Shown: piece by piece, positions 10,266-19,565 of the stretch
Layout: each line of letters opens with the position of its first letter
How positions within the stretch are numbered: the stretch's first letter is position 1
IMG/VR virus record: IMGVR_UViG_3300028549_001428
From: a virus
Taxonomy: Duplodnaviria; Heunggongvirae; Uroviricota; Caudoviricetes
Length of the DNA stretch: 64,000 nt
Reading direction: 5' to 3' (one strand)
Notes under the pieces: generated by a model
Told to the model about the DNA's origin: nothing
What the model saw: the letters and a program-made list of their open reading frames with translations, nothing else
Databases searched by the model: none
Translations under genes and position numbers: made by a program

Positions 10266-11025
10266 TCGTACCTACTTTAGATAAGCGTTTCCAGTTATGT
10301 GCTTGATTCTCTATACGATCCTTGGTAACATTAAGAATATTACCACTTTCTATTATTTTTGCTAGTTTAACCAACAATTTAATACCTTCACCAGTAATTT
10401 TGTTATGATCTATTAGTTTGTTATCTTCACATATCTTCTTAATTTCTTCAAATGCACCCAATGCTCTCACATTGAATGTAGCTTCTACTGAATTTATTAT
10501 ACTACCATCGAATTCAATTGAGGTAGGAACTCTATCTACCCTAATTGTATATACCAAAAATGTTGCTACTGTTAGTGATCTTGATACATAATCACAGTAA
10601 TTTAATGTTTCTTCATTCATTTCTACATATGAATCATCATGATATAAGGATTCAGGTAAATATTCCTTATCATTCACAGCAGTTATTATTTTATCAAATG
10701 TGTCCTTAACCTTATGTAAGTTAGTTCCACTCTTCATATTCATAATAAATAATGGATCTATATACTTTATATATTCGAAATTAGATACTAATGATTTTAA
10801 ATTATCTTCACCCATCTGTTTTTTTATCAACAACACGAATTTATCCAACATAGTGAATGCCCACTTATCAGACCCATCTGGATTTCCTATAATATTTCCT
10901 ATAGAATCGATGATATCCATGTTACATGCATCACTCTCTTGAATACCGTCAAATAGACGCTTCATTAAGTAAACATAAAGTTTATTATCAAATTCAAGTT
11001 TAGTTTTTTTGTACTGTTCAGCCAT
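10252..11025 (-). CDS. Hypothetical protein (late)
   Basis: ORF with TATAAACTA at 11046-11054. Confidence 0.6.
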   Translation of the reverse strand: MAEQYKKTKLEFDNKLYVYLMKRLFDGIQESDACNMDIIDSIGNIIGNPDGSDKWAFTMLDKFVLLIKKQMGEDNLKSLVSNFEYIKYIDPLFIMNMKSGTNLHKVKDTFDKIITAVNDKEYLPESLYHDDSYVEMNEETLNYCDYVSRSLTVATFLVYTIRVDRVPTSIEFDGSIINSVEATFNVRALGAFEEIKKICEDNKLIDHNKITGEGIKLLVKLAKIIESGNILNVTKDRIENQAHNWKRLSKVGTSDAG

Positions 11026-11063
11026 TGTAAATTACCCACTTATCCTAGTTTATACAATCCTTA

Positions 11064-13292
11064 TTAGGATTTTTTTGATTGCGCATCATTAGACAAATCA
11101 TTATGATCTTTCAACAATGGATATAACCATGTAGTTGATTTCTTTAAATTGCTGTTTTGCATAGTAAATGGTATGGTTGGAGGTGCACTATTGGTGAAAT
11201 TAGCATTCTCATATCCTTTAGGTGCTTTCTCATTCTGCCATATTTCGATATGATATGCAGGGTCAGATCCTGGACCTTTAGGGGATGGTCCAAGAAATGC
11301 TCTAATTATACCTTGTTCTTTAGCAGACAAAAATACTTCACGTAAACTTGGACTTTTGTTATTAGGAACCATTCTAGTAGGACTAATATCAATTGCCTGT
11401 ACGTTATTAGGATCGGCACCATGCTTAGATATTTTTTCTGGTGGTGATGATTTAATTGTACTTAACATTTCACCACGTACTTTCTTAATCTGACTTGGAT
11501 CGGTAAATGGTGTAGTACTGCCCAATCCATACTTTTCTTTATATGAATCATATACAGAAACAACCTTTTTACCAGGAGATGCATACGATACTCTATTATT
11601 TTTCTGTAAATTATTAAACATTGTCTGTGCTTGTGATTCTGGTGGTCTATACAAACTAGTTACAATTACTTCTTTAACACCAGCCGATCCACATAATGAT
11701 TTAATAACATTTGCCGACAATTCACTCAATTGAGTTGATTTAACCCATGAATCGAATTTTATTGTTACGGAACCTTCTTCTGGCTTTGCTAAACTTCCAT
11801 TAGAACCCGAACCACCAGCAACGCCTTCATTTGAATATCTTAATAGTGTTCCACTCATCAAAATATCAAATTTTCTATTTCTTAATTCAGATGTGCTATG
11901 GAATGGGTCTAATTTAGCAGTAGAAGCACCGTATTCAATAATTGATTTGCCTAATCCTTTGTATATTAGATTAGCTTCGGCTATACGTCTTTTACGTAAT
12001 AATTTTCCACTTTCTTCAGATACTTCAGAACCATATGTCAATCTAGCTAATATATCAGCTACCCATGTAAAATATTGATTTGCTAATGTATCACTTTTTG
12101 GTAAACCATTAGGTGCTACTATCGCTCCTGTTGTTGTTAATGTAGTTGATTTACCCGATGAATCTATTATTTGATCCAATCCAGAAATTCCATACATATG
12201 AACCGAATAAGAGTAACCAGTTAAGTAATATACACCCATAGTAACACAATAACTTATAAATCCAGCTTCTGAACTCTTTGATGGATCAATACTCAAGCCA
12301 TTTGTCCATAAAAAACTACACACAGCAGTTTTTACATATTCAGGACACGAATTATGCGTCAAAGCACCCCAATGAGAATGCGCCCAATTTTGTCTGTTAT
12401 TTATTACATCCCATAGGGTAGATTGTACATATCTAAAGAATGAAGCCTGTATTTGAGCATCGTTAATACTAAATCCAGAATATTTAGAATCTGCTTGGAT
12501 TGCACTTTCATCCATAGTAGCAGCCTTTCTTACAATATCATATTGCTCTGCTGTTAATCCACCCTTTACATCACCTGTTGATGCTAAATTCTTATCCACA
12601 GCATTTACAGCAAATACATTCTTAATGAATAAATCACGTCTTGCATTACCCTGATCTAATAATATATTAGCACCCAATCTAGTTTTACCATTACCAGTAA
12701 AATAAAATTTTGTACTCTTTACAGGTTCTTGCTGATATAAGAAATCCCAGTTTGGTTGGAAAAATCCTGGTTTAAATGTATTTGCTATACTTACAGGCAA
12801 TCCATCCAACCCAATAGCAATAGGTGGTATTAAATCTGCATTAAACGGACTAGAACCCATTGCTGATGTAGTTTGTGCTTCAGCCATCTGTCTAGATGCA
12901 TTTATAGATTGCAAAGGAACAAGTGGACCTTGTGAAATAGCACTTATACCATTACCTATAGCATTCACTTGAGCAGAATTCGCACTTGCCCTAATATCTA
13001 ATTTATCAACGATTTCTTGCATGTCATTTGTAATAATTCCCTGTTCACCATCTGACAAAAAATATAATAACATATCAGCAACAGCACTTGATAATTGACT
13101 CATTCTGGTTTGGTTAATTACAGGAACTTGTTCTCTTTGTTCCTTAGTTAATCCATTATTTGGATCATTTACGTCATAGTACCCATATTTATTTAATATA
13201 GAATAAAATTGACCTTCTCTACCTGTAGAAGCCTCATGCGTTCTTTTGATAGCATTTTCCATTCTACCAGAATAATGTGAATTTAATGGCAT
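11064..13292 (-). CDS. Virion-associated peptidoglycan hydrolase: lysozyme-like segment plus M15-type Zn peptidase
   Basis: 'LRKRRIAEANL' lysozyme C-terminal motif; 'TSLYR...SKH...AIDI...HIE' M15 motifs. Confidence 0.6.
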   Translation of the reverse strand: MPLNSHYSGRMENAIKRTHEASTGREGQFYSILNKYGYYDVNDPNNGLTKEQREQVPVINQTRMSQLSSAVADMLLYFLSDGEQGIITNDMQEIVDKLDIRASANSAQVNAIGNGISAISQGPLVPLQSINASRQMAEAQTTSAMGSSPFNADLIPPIAIGLDGLPVSIANTFKPGFFQPNWDFLYQQEPVKSTKFYFTGNGKTRLGANILLDQGNARRDLFIKNVFAVNAVDKNLASTGDVKGGLTAEQYDIVRKAATMDESAIQADSKYSGFSINDAQIQASFFRYVQSTLWDVINNRQNWAHSHWGALTHNSCPEYVKTAVCSFLWTNGLSIDPSKSSEAGFISYCVTMGVYYLTGYSYSVHMYGISGLDQIIDSSGKSTTLTTTGAIVAPNGLPKSDTLANQYFTWVADILARLTYGSEVSEESGKLLRKRRIAEANLIYKGLGKSIIEYGASTAKLDPFHSTSELRNRKFDILMSGTLLRYSNEGVAGGSGSNGSLAKPEEGSVTIKFDSWVKSTQLSELSANVIKSLCGSAGVKEVIVTSLYRPPESQAQTMFNNLQKNNRVSYASPGKKVVSVYDSYKEKYGLGSTTPFTDPSQIKKVRGEMLSTIKSSPPEKISKHGADPNNVQAIDISPTRMVPNNKSPSLREVFLSAKEQGIIRAFLGPSPKGPGSDPAYHIEIWQNEKAPKGYENANFTNSAPPTIPFTMQNSNLKKSTTWLYPLLKDHNDLSNDAQSKKS

Positions 13293-13453
13293 TTTTTAAT
13301 TTACCTTACAATTATATAAACAATTATAGATTATTTAAATATGTTTATCATAAACAATTTTATGTTTTATCTTAAATTATAAAAATAAAATTGAATTGTT
13401 ATAAACTATTTGAAAACACCAATATTGTGTTAGCCGATTAAAGAGGAACTTCA

Positions 13454-14824
13454 ATGAAGACCAATAAAAATACAAACAAAACAATGACTGCGTTTCAGTT
13501 CATGAAAGAATTTGAAAACACACAACTAATCATGGAATCTATCGCTGACGCTACTGCTGTCGAAAGAAAAGCATTACTAGAGTCTGGATTCGGGGGTCCA
13601 AGTGCCGATACTAACGGCTTATTTGACATGAATTCACTTTTAGATGTTGAAGTAAGTGACAAGCCAGAAAATCAACCTAGATACTACAACTCACCTGTAG
13701 ATCCTTTGAATGATTCTGACAAGGCATTGATAGTTGATGCATTTGCTAAGAAATTAGAAGAAATGAAAGACGATGTTATCGATTTCTCCGACATTGGACC
13801 AATCGCAACAGTAATTAAAAATAGTTATGGATTCAAACAGGATATTGAAAAATTCTTGCAAGATACAATCCAAAAGACTTCAAATTGGATGACTCAGCAG
13901 AATAATACCGAAGCTAATACTAACGGTGTTGCTGAAATGAAGGATGGCGGTCCTACTGATATTAAACCACAGACTTCAGGTATTGATGGTGGTGATATGG
14001 GTATGGGTGGTGGTGATATGGGTATGGGCGACGATATGGGCATGGGTGGTGAAGGCATCCCTGCTATGGAAGAAGTTCCAGTATTAACCGATACAGATGC
14101 TGTTGCTGAAGATATCGTTCCACCAGAACTTGGCGGTGATGTTGGTATGGGTGATGAAGGAATGGATCTTGGTTTAGGCGAAGATGTTCCTCCTGTTGGC
14201 GACGAAGGAATGGACCTTGGTTTAGGTGAAGATGTTCCTCCTGTTAGCGACGATGTTGGTGACGATGTTGGCGTTCCTCCAGTTGGTGACGATGTTGGTG
14301 GTGACGATGTTGGTGGTGATGATGTTGGCGAAGATGTTCCACCAATCGAAGACGAAACACCTGCCGAAGAAAAGAAAGAAGAAAAGAAAGAAGGTGATAA
14401 AGAAGAGGGTGAAGAGAAAGAAGATGATAAGGAAACAGATGAATTGCTAGAATCCATTATGACCGATTATCAGAAATCATCCAAAGCTAAAGAATCTGTT
14501 AATGCTATAAATGAAAGCGTTGAAAAGAGCAAGGCAGTTAAAGCACAATTAGAAGCAATTTCTAATACTTATCACTCTAAAGAAAATGCAAAAGTTGAAG
14601 CGATTAAACAAGATAAAATGATAAAAGCACAGCTTGAATCAATCTCAAGTAACTACAAAGCTACAGTAAATGCTAAATTAGAAGCAATCGAAAAAGAAAA
14701 AGAAATTGACGGTAAATTAAATCAACTTCTTGAATCTCATAAACAGAAAACTTCTACAGATGGCAAAACAAACTTAACAGCTAGACTAGAAGCAAAAGAT
14801 AAAATCGAAAAACTAACTAAATAA
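13454..14824 (+). CDS. Acidic low-complexity internal head/scaffold-like protein
   Basis: TATAAACTA promoter, GAGGA RBS, D/G/E repeats, many (L/I/Q)xES/EA motifs. Confidence 0.55.
   Translation: MKTNKNTNKTMTAFQFMKEFENTQLIMESIADATAVERKALLESGFGGPSADTNGLFDMNSLLDVEVSDKPENQPRYYNSPVDPLNDSDKALIVDAFAKKLEEMKDDVIDFSDIGPIATVIKNSYGFKQDIEKFLQDTIQKTSNWMTQQNNTEANTNGVAEMKDGGPTDIKPQTSGIDGGDMGMGGGDMGMGDDMGMGGEGIPAMEEVPVLTDTDAVAEDIVPPELGGDVGMGDEGMDLGLGEDVPPVGDEGMDLGLGEDVPPVSDDVGDDVGVPPVGDDVGGDDVGGDDVGEDVPPIEDETPAEEKKEEKKEGDKEEGEEKEDDKETDELLESIMTDYQKSSKAKESVNAINESVEKSKAVKAQLEAISNTYHSKENAKVEAIKQDKMIKAQLESISSNYKATVNAKLEAIEKEKEIDGKLNQLLESHKQKTSTDGKTNLTARLEAKDKIEKLTK
13986..14345 (+). repeat. Coding tandem repeats (GGDMGM; GDEGMDLGLGEDVPPV x2; GDDVG)
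   Basis: Visible in DNA and protein. Confidence 0.8.
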
Positions 14825-14865
14825 ATAAATAAATAAAGGGCGATTAAAAATCACCCTTTTTTATT

Positions 14866-15552
14866 TTACATCATATCATAAACATCTGGTCCTTTAGCTT
14901 TTATTTCTCTAGCTAACAGATGTTTTATGTTATCATTCATATTACAAGTAACAAAATCAGGATTACTGACACTCAATTCTATCCACCTATCAACGATTTT
15001 ATAAAAACTATCACAAGTTCCTATAATATCAGTTAAAGCATCATGTAAATTTCCTTCAGGCTTTACGCCCAACGCTTCCATTATAGTACCTAACTTAATA
15101 TTAGGAACATTTAACAAACCTTGTTTCTTTAAAGGTCTAGTTAAATCCATTAAATCATATACTACTTTCTGACTAAAATAATAATCAAATGGTAAATCAC
15201 CATCATCTTTATGTTTATTCCAGAACGATGCCAAAAAACGCCAGTCAAATGACTTAACGTTTTGACCAGCTATAATATATCTAGGCTCACCTTTTACAAC
15301 ATACTTCTCAAATATATTTTTAAGTCCAGCATATGCTATTTTTGGATCAGGATATGTTCTTAGTTCTTCTACTGTTTTACCAATTATTTGTAAAGCATCC
15401 TTACTAATAGCATTCCAATTGATAGGAGCAGCAACATAATTAAATGATTCTAAAATCTTTCTATTTTCCGTGACCAATCCAGCGACTTGAATTATATCTT
15501 GTCTTTTATCATCAAATCCAGTTGTTTCGGTATCTATAAATATTACTTTCAT
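14866..15552 (-). CDS. DEDDh 3'-5' exonuclease (DnaQ-like)
   Basis: 'FIDTETTG', 'GQNVKSFD', 'HDALTD'. Confidence 0.9.
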   Translation of the reverse strand: MKVIFIDTETTGFDDKRQDIIQVAGLVTENRKILESFNYVAAPINWNAISKDALQIIGKTVEELRTYPDPKIAYAGLKNIFEKYVVKGEPRYIIAGQNVKSFDWRFLASFWNKHKDDGDLPFDYYFSQKVVYDLMDLTRPLKKQGLLNVPNIKLGTIMEALGVKPEGNLHDALTDIIGTCDSFYKIVDRWIELSVSNPDFVTCNMNDNIKHLLAREIKAKGPDVYDMM

Positions 15553-15700
15553 TATAATTACATATTTGTTTGTATATTATAAATATAACTTTATTATATT
15601 AAAATATCAAATATTTTATTGAAATGCGGTGATTATAACATTATTTACCGCATTTTTTGCGGAGTTAATCTATATTGATACTATATATTAGGATATTAAT

Positions 15701-16033
15701 ATGGCTATAATAAAGAAAACTGAAATAATAACACAAATATTTAACGATAAATCTCTTGCAGTTGTACAAATAAATTCAAAAATGACACCTAAAAAATGGG
15801 GTGAAGCTAAATATCTATTCGATAAATCAAATGGAAATCTAAATATAGACCCAGATTATTACAAAACCATTTCATGGGATGAGTGGGACATATTTGCAAA
15901 AGAAATGCAGTTTGATGATGAATTGTGGATGTATATACTGGAATCCGAAAATCATTATATCGACTTCACACAAGGTTTTGCTATTGTACGAAATAGGAAA
16001 CCTATCGTTATTTTTGATATAACATCAGAATAA
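15701..16033 (+). CDS. Hypothetical protein
   Basis: ORF with AGGA RBS. Confidence 0.55.
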   Translation: MAIIKKTEIITQIFNDKSLAVVQINSKMTPKKWGEAKYLFDKSNGNLNIDPDYYKTISWDEWDIFAKEMQFDDELWMYILESENHYIDFTQGFAIVRNRKPIVIFDITSE

Positions 16034-16039
16034 ATTTAA

Positions 16040-16759
16040 TTAAAGCGGAGTAAGTGTCTTTGGATTGAATCCATATGATTTAACCCATTTTCTTATTGCA
16101 TTATCGGATACTCCATATTTCAATCTCAATGGATAATATCCATATTCCTTGATATCAGATATTAATACATCTATATTAGGGCGTGATGTTTTTCTTTTAT
16201 TAAGATCACTACATTTTACACATGATTTAGATTTTTTGATTTTGTTATTACCGCAACTACATATATATACTAACTTATTACATTTACCTGCAAATGTATT
16301 TGTTTGGCTATGACAATGAGGACATAATATACGTAGATTTTGTAGTCTGTTATCATTATATATACCATTTATATGATCTATTTGTAATACCAATGGTTTA
16401 TTATTCCATATAGGTAATTGATTACATATGTAACATTGGTTTAACAAAAAACCATCAGCTATCAATCTCTGTTTAAGTCGAGTTCTATCATACGTTGAGT
16501 TTTCTACGAGTATGTCAGATAACGGAATTTTTTTAGATTTAGATATTAATTTAATTGCTTTGTATGGTGAAGTAAAATGATCAGTAGATAAACCTAGTGC
16601 TTTAATTCGTTTATGTAATGTTTTATTGTTACCTCCTCTATTATTTGAACCTATGTATGAATGCACTTCATTGAATGAAGTGCATTTTTTAATCAAATCA
16701 GTAAACTCAGCATCATTAAATTTTACCCATATTTTACTATATAATTTTTGTATATGCAT
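16040..16759 (-). CDS. HNH homing endonuclease
   Basis: CxxC, 'LQIDHINGIYNDNRLQNLRILCPHCH'; C-terminal HTH 'KYGVSDNAIRKW'. Confidence 0.9.
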   Translation of the reverse strand: MHIQKLYSKIWVKFNDAEFTDLIKKCTSFNEVHSYIGSNNRGGNNKTLHKRIKALGLSTDHFTSPYKAIKLISKSKKIPLSDILVENSTYDRTRLKQRLIADGFLLNQCYICNQLPIWNNKPLVLQIDHINGIYNDNRLQNLRILCPHCHSQTNTFAGKCNKLVYICSCGNNKIKKSKSCVKCSDLNKRKTSRPNIDVLISDIKEYGYYPLRLKYGVSDNAIRKWVKSYGFNPKTLTPL

Positions 16760-16817
16760 ATTTTTGAACCTCTAGTATTATTTATAGTTTATACAATAGG
16801 TTCAAAAATATTTTTTA

Positions 16818-16888
16818 TTGACCTAGCTGGGATCGAACCAGCGTACTTCGGGTCAGAGCCGAAGGCACTACCTCTATGCTATAGGTCA
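16818..16888 (-). tRNA. tRNA-Gln(CTG)
   Basis: Cloverleaf: TGACCTA acceptor, TTCGG-CTCTGAC-CCGAA, GCTGG-TTCGATC-CCAGC; U1-A72; CCA not encoded. Confidence 0.9.
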
Positions 16889-16896
16889 TCATTATA

Positions 16897-16979
16897 TTGT
16901 CCATGTAGGAGTCGAACCTACAGTATCCTTTCGGATGCCAGATTCAAAATCTGGTGAGCTACCATTACTCTAATGGACA
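16897..16979 (-). tRNA. tRNA-Gln(TTG) with an atypical long variable arm
   Basis: TGTCCAT acceptor, CCAGA-TTTTGAA-TCTGG, variable hairpin ATCC-GAAA-GGAT, GTAGG-TTCGACT-CCTAC. Confidence 0.85.
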
Positions 16980-16984
16980 TCATA

Positions 16985-17057
16985 TTGTCCGTGCTGGACT
17001 CGAACCAGCATCCTTGTGCTTCAAAGGCACCTGCTCCACCAATTGAGCTAACGGACA
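16985..17057 (-). tRNA. tRNA-Gln(TTG)
   Basis: TGTCCGT acceptor, GTGC-CTTTGAA-GCAC, GCTGG-TTCGAGT-CCAGC. Confidence 0.9.
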
Positions 17058-17170
17058 TCAAATTTATTTATCACATTTAGAACACTTAATTTCCTTATTA
17101 TAACTGAAATATAATAAGGAACCACATCTATCACATAACTTTACATAATACATATACACCTCTATATACG

Positions 17171-17198
17171 AAAAGAACTCTTGCTTCTGCAAGAGTCC
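17171..17198 (-). terminator. Attenuator terminator upstream of the tRNA-Gln operon
   Basis: GGACTCTTGC-AGAA-GCAAGAGTTC-TTTT. Confidence 0.85.
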
Positions 17199-17222
17199 CT
17201 TAATTTATTTGCCATAACAGCA

Positions 17223-17285
17223 TCAAAAAGGTGGTCTAGCAGAGCTATCCATTACTTGTTGTTGCTGTTGTTGTAAATTCTTCAT
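17223..17285 (-). CDS. Gln leader peptide MKNLQQQQQQVMDSSARPPF
   Basis: ATG 7 nt after the -10 box; 5 CAA + 1 CAG tandem codons; followed by a terminator and three tRNA-Gln genes. Confidence 0.8.
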   Translation of the reverse strand: MKNLQQQQQQVMDSSARPPF

Positions 17286-18281
17286 ATTATTAATATAGTT
17301 CTTTTTTAGCGATTTGTCAATACTTTTTTGATGTTTTATTGTTTTAGGGTCTATTTTATAGTAACGGCACCATCGACGAACAGCATTATCAGACACACCA
17401 TATTTAGCCCCAACTAAAACAAAATTACTTTCTTGTATTTCTTTAATTAATACATCCAATGTAGGTCTATCTACCTTTCTCTTATGTGGAATTAAAGTTG
17501 AATTAATCATCCGACAATCATATCCACAACATACTTGTTTGATCGTATTTGGTATAAAATTATTATTACATATAGGACATATTTTTGTTTTATATCTTGA
17601 TGTATTATCGTATAACGAAATTAAATTTATCCCTTTATGCTTATTTGATGCATACTCAAGATATGGTTTGATTTCTACCTTTGTCAATATCTTTAATACA
17701 TTAGGAGACTTAACTGCATTAAATTTAGCTTTAGTATGTTCTGTTATATAGCCTTTAACTTCTATAAATGTACCATCAACATATCTAAAATCAGGATGGT
17801 ATTCATGTGTTTCATTTTCCCATTCATATGGAAATGATATAGTATTACGGATAAATGATATGTTATGATCTAAATGATATATCACCCATGCTAATTCCCA
17901 TGTACTATCACACCAATATCCGTTATACCATCCAGATTTTCCTCTACCTGCACCTTTACGCACACCGCCTGAGTTTTGTTTTAATTTTGTAATTGTTTCT
18001 GGTGTATGTTTCTTTCCCTTAAAATATGCTATACGAACACCAGTAGCATAGTTGGATTTAACCATATCACTATATACTTTAAGTCGCTGATCTGTATGTT
18101 TAGTTAATCCTTTATTCCATGTAGTTATCGTTCTTGTATCTCTACCACATTTATGATTAACACCAATTCCATGCATTCTCCATATATGAGATGCGATTCC
18201 TTTACTACCATATTCTTCTCCACATGTAGGACATGCATATTTGTTTGTATGTGGATTTAACCACTCTATTTGTATTTTCAT
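17223..18281 (-). CDS. PD-(D/E)XK-type putative homing endonuclease with Zn finger, NUMOD3-like motif and HTH
   Basis: 'CPTC..HIWRMH', 'FKGKKHTPET', 'DSTWE..YHPDF..FIEVKG', 'KYGVSDNAVRRW'; reads in frame into the leader peptide. Confidence 0.75.
   Translation of the reverse strand: MKIQIEWLNPHTNKYACPTCGEEYGSKGIASHIWRMHGIGVNHKCGRDTRTITTWNKGLTKHTDQRLKVYSDMVKSNYATGVRIAYFKGKKHTPETITKLKQNSGGVRKGAGRGKSGWYNGYWCDSTWELAWVIYHLDHNISFIRNTISFPYEWENETHEYHPDFRYVDGTFIEVKGYITEHTKAKFNAVKSPNVLKILTKVEIKPYLEYASNKHKGINLISLYDNTSRYKTKICPICNNNFIPNTIKQVCCGYDCRMINSTLIPHKRKVDRPTLDVLIKEIQESNFVLVGAKYGVSDNAVRRWCRYYKIDPKTIKHQKSIDKSLKKNYINNMKNLQQQQQQVMDSSARPPF
17292..17320 (-). promoter_or_regulatory. sigma70-type promoter of the tRNA-Gln operon
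   Basis: TTGACA-17 nt-TATATT. Confidence 0.85.
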
Positions 18282-18342
18282 ACATATAGTTTATATAAAC
18301 TGAACATTATATTAAATTATTCAATCAAAAGCAAATACCAAA

Positions 18343-18415
18343 TGCCAACTTTCGCAATCGAAGCGAATCCCCATGATCTTCAGTCACGTGTGCAGACCTC
18401 TTACACCAAGTTGGC
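18343..18415 (-). tRNA. tRNA-Phe(GAA)
   Basis: GCCAACT acceptor, CGTGA-CTGAAGA-TCATG, TTCGC-TTCGATT-GCGAA. Confidence 0.85.
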
Positions 18416-18428
18416 TTAATTAAACTAA

Positions 18429-18503
18429 TGGTTCTGGTCGAAGTCGAATCGACAACCCCCGCATTAAAAGTGCGGTGCTACTAACCAGTTGAGCTACAGA
18501 ACC
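18429..18503 (-). tRNA. tRNA-Lys(TTT)
   Basis: GGTTCTG acceptor, CCGCA-CTTTTAA-TGCGG, GTCGA-TTCGACT-TCGAC. Confidence 0.9.
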
Positions 18504-18507
18504 TTAG

Positions 18508-18580
18508 TGGATGTGGTAGGATTTGAACCTACTCCCCCTGCATTATGAGAGCAGTGCTCGACCAATTGAGCTTCACATCC
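18508..18580 (-). tRNA. tRNA with CAT anticodon (elongator Met or lysidine Ile2)
   Basis: GGATGTG acceptor, CTGCT-CTCATAA-TGCAG, GTAGG-TTCAAAT-CCTAC; no initiator features. Confidence 0.85.
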
Positions 18581-18584
18581 ATAT

Positions 18585-19448
18585 TCATTTTACATGTACC
18601 CAACTTCTGCCATAGATCACATTAGCTATGGTAGATTTAGATACATTCATTAAATCAGCAATGATTCGTTGAGATTTACCAATAGAATACAAATATCGTA
18701 TTTGTATAACACCTTCCTCAGTTAACTTAGAATCCGATCTAGATTCTCCTTTAGGAGCTATTACATGTGATCGTATTTTTACATCGTATATAATACCACT
18801 ATCTTGTATATATTTTTTTATCAATCGTTTTGATGTTGGTATATCATATTTTTTCAACCATTTTCTAATTGCATTATCTGATACCCCATATATTTCACCT
18901 ATTTGCACCATCGTCTTATCACTTAAATGAGAAATTAATTCAGTCATAGATGGCATTTTTGATACATTAAAATTTATACCATGAGTATCTATTATTTTTC
19001 TAATTCGATTATAGTTTCCACCAAATGCCTGTAATCCTAATTTCATTAACGCTATACGAGCATTTGGCGATTCTTTAATTACATCAATAAAATCGTTATC
19101 TGATTTATATTTTTTGTTAAACTGTAATTTAACATTAGCCCCAGAAAATGTTTTTGTTTGACTATGACATGTAGGACATAATAATCTAATATTATCAATT
19201 AAATTATTATGACGATCACCATCAATATGGTCAACCTGTAATGTTACAGGCTTATTCATCCAAGTGTTAATCCCACATATAGAACACACATCTTTAATAA
19301 TTTCATGTTTAATCAACATACTTTTAATTAACGATCTATTTACATAATGTGAATGAGCACAAAATACTGAATCAAATGGCGTTCTAATAGTACCCCCATT
19401 TGATATAGGAGAATTCCAATCATGTTTTAAGTTATCTAATTTATTCAT
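18585..19448 (-). CDS. HNH homing endonuclease with HTH modules
   Basis: 'LQVDHIDGDRHNNLIDNIRLLCPTCH'; 'YGVSDNAIRKW'; 'KGE...SKLTE'. Confidence 0.9.
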   Translation of the reverse strand: MNKLDNLKHDWNSPISNGGTIRTPFDSVFCAHSHYVNRSLIKSMLIKHEIIKDVCSICGINTWMNKPVTLQVDHIDGDRHNNLIDNIRLLCPTCHSQTKTFSGANVKLQFNKKYKSDNDFIDVIKESPNARIALMKLGLQAFGGNYNRIRKIIDTHGINFNVSKMPSMTELISHLSDKTMVQIGEIYGVSDNAIRKWLKKYDIPTSKRLIKKYIQDSGIIYDVKIRSHVIAPKGESRSDSKLTEEGVIQIRYLYSIGKSQRIIADLMNVSKSTIANVIYGRSWVHVK

Positions 19449-19565
19449 ATAATTACCAAGTATAATAAATATAGTTTATAATACTCGATAATTATGCAAT
19501 TAAAATTAGTTCAATTCATTGCTAATTTATCAAACAACACTTAATATGCTAGATATTAAGTAATA

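Noticed and set aside
13986-14345. Possible CRISPR array
   Set aside because: Repeats are in-frame coding repeats without unique spacers; no CRISPR array seen in the window
13894-14457. Ser/Pro-rich antisense ORF and other short antisense ORFs in the track
   Set aside because: Shadow frames of real genes on the opposite strand
16748-16957. 69-aa ORF (+)
   Set aside because: Antisense to tRNA-Gln genes
16818-17057. Stop-codon recoding (TAG/TAA to Gln) suggested by multiple Gln tRNAs
   Set aside because: Anticodons are CTG/TTG, not CTA/TTA; core genes are full length in the standard code and several end in TAG
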